NCBI RefSeq assembly: GCF_004010195.1
Contig: NW_025215344.1
Location: 32,625-96,624, forward strand
Direction of reading: 5' to 3'
Length of the DNA: 64,000 nucleotides
DNA from: Chiloscyllium plagiosum
Lineage: Eukaryota
Position 1 is the first letter of the stretch. Every line of letters begins with the position of its first letter. The position numbers and the translations under genes were made by a program. Of the stretch, positions 62,343-64,000 are shown piece after piece. The notes under the pieces are model-generated. The model was not told where the DNA came from, did not search any database, and worked only from the letters and a program-made list of their open reading frames with translations.

Positions 62343-64000
62343 TTTAGTTCTGAGGGAGGGCCGCACTGTCAGGATTTTAGATCTGATGGTGGGCCGCCCT
62401 GCCAGGAGTTTAGTACTGAGGGAGTGCCACACTGTCAGGTATTTAGTTCTGAGGGAGGGCCGCACTGTCAGGATTTTAGATCTGATGGTGGGCCGCCCTG
62501 CCAGGAGTTTAGTACTGAGGGAGGGCCGCACTGTCAGGAGTTCAGTTCTGCGGGAGGGCAGCACTATCAGGAGATTAGTACTGAGGTTGGGCCACACTGT
62601 CAGGAGTTTAGTTCTGAGGGAGGGCCGCACTGTCAGGTATTTAGTTCTGAGAGATGGCCGCACTGTCATGAGTTCAGTTCTTGGGGAGGGCGGCACTGTC
62701 AGGAGTTTAATACTGAGGTAGTGCCACACTGTCAGGTATTTAGTTCTGAGGGAGAGCCGCACTGTCAGGAGTTTCATACTGAGGGAGGGCCGCCCTGTCA
62801 GGAGTTTAGTACTGAGGGAGGGCCGCCCTGTAAGGAGTTCAGTTCTGAGGGAGGGCCGCACTGTCAGGAGTTTAATACTGAGGGAGGGCCGCCCTGTCAG
62901 GAGTTTAGTATTAAGGGAGGTCCGCAGTGTCAGGAGTTCAGTTCAGAGGGAGGGCTGCACTGTCAGGAGATTAGTACTGAGGGAGGGCCGCCCTGTCAGG
63001 AGTTCAGTTCTGAGGGAGGGCCGTACTGTCAGGAGTTCAGTTCTGAGGGAGGGCCGCACTGTCAGGAGTTTAGGACTGAGGGAGGGCCGCACTGTCAGGA
63101 GTTTAGTTTCTGTATCAGTGGTGCTGGAAGAGCACAGCAATTCAGGCAGCATTCGAAAAGTTTCGAAATCGACGTTTCAGGCAAAAGGCCTTCATCAGAA
63201 ATAAAGGCAGAGAGCCTGAAGCGTGGAGTGATAAGCTAGAGGAGGGTGGGGGTGGGGATAGAGTAGCATAGAGTACAATCCCCACCCCCACTCTCCCCTA
63301 GCTTATCTAGAGCGCTTAAGGGAACATCTCCGAGACACCCGCACCAATCAACCAAACCGCCCCGTGGCTCAACATTTCAACTCCCCCTCCCACTCTGCCG
63401 AGGATATGGAGGTGCTGGGCCTCCTTCACCGCCGCTCCCTCACCACCAGACGCATGGAAGAAGAACTCCTCATCTTCCGCCTCGGAACACTTCAACCCCA
63501 GGGCATCAATGTGGATTTCAACAACTTCCTCATTTCCCCTTCCCCCACCTCATCCTAGTTTCTAACCTCCAGCAACATGATCCCCTTGACTTGTCCGGAT
63601 ATGTCCGACCTGCCCAGCTCCTTTTCCACCTATCCACTCCACCCTCTTCTCCCTGACCTATCACCTTCATCTCCTCCCCCACTGACCTATTGTACTCTAT
63701 GCTACTCTATCCCCACCCCCCTCTAACTTATCTCTCGACGCTTCAGGCTCTCTGCCTTTATTCCTGACGACGGCCATTTGCCCGAAACGTCGATTTCGAA
63801 GCTTTTCGGATGCTGCCTGAATTGCTGTGCTCTTCCAGCACCACTGATCTGGTTTACAGCATCTGCAGTCATTGTTTTTACCTTGTGAGGAGTTTAGTAC
63901 TGAGGGAGGGCCGCACTGTCTGGAGTTTAGTTCTGAGGCAGGGCCGTACTGTCAGGTGTTTGGTACTGAGGGAAGGCCACACTGTCAGGAGTTGAGTACT
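62343..64000. repeat. 33-bp minisatellite, unit cactgtcaggagtttagtactgagggagggccg, interrupted by a PLE
   Basis: 11-aa period in ORFs 62424 and 62386; runs off the window end. Confidence 0.95.
63108..63884 (+). mobile_element. Fold-back Penelope-like element with GIY-YIG C-terminal fragment (63310-63558) and hammerhead-like motif (63760-63795)
   Basis: ERLREHLRDTRTNQPNRPVAQHFNSPSH..EEELLIFRLGTLQPQGINVDF; 63114-63279 is inverted versus about 63688-63849. Confidence 0.9.

Noticed and set aside
62340..63239. 271-aa HCQEFSTEGGP repeat protein
   Set aside because: 33-bp minisatellite open in several frames and on both strands, running into a PLE insertion

Overview
Eukaryotic, repeat-dense DNA that I infer comes from a cartilaginous fish (shark), based on HE1-type tRNA-derived SINEs sharing a 3' tail with CR1/HER1-like LINEs and on shark-type Penelope-like elements. 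All family names come from my own recognition, not a database search. I see no intact protein-coding gene. Most ORFs in the track are LINE fragments or open frames through tandem repeats. Gene-like remnants: (i) a decayed C2H2 zinc-finger array (58544-59430) behind a promoter-like region with a ZNF143/SBS-type motif; (ii) an orphan first exon of a GPR139/GPR142-like GPCR whose splice donor reads ATAAGT (47746-47968); (iii) two pseudogenised Myb/SANT exons in PIF/Harbinger-type elements. The rest is CR1/L2 LINE debris, SINEs, a Tigger-like MITE, several minisatellites (31, 33, 36, 42, 60 and 69 bp units), two assembly gaps (1633-1716, 32018-32532) and nested segmental duplications. The most notable structure is a set of Penelope-like (PLE) insertions carrying minimal type I hammerhead ribozyme motifs. 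These include very young fold-back copies with target-site duplications, two filled/empty paralogous site pairs, and internal PLE ORF fragments captured at junctions and inside a satellite.
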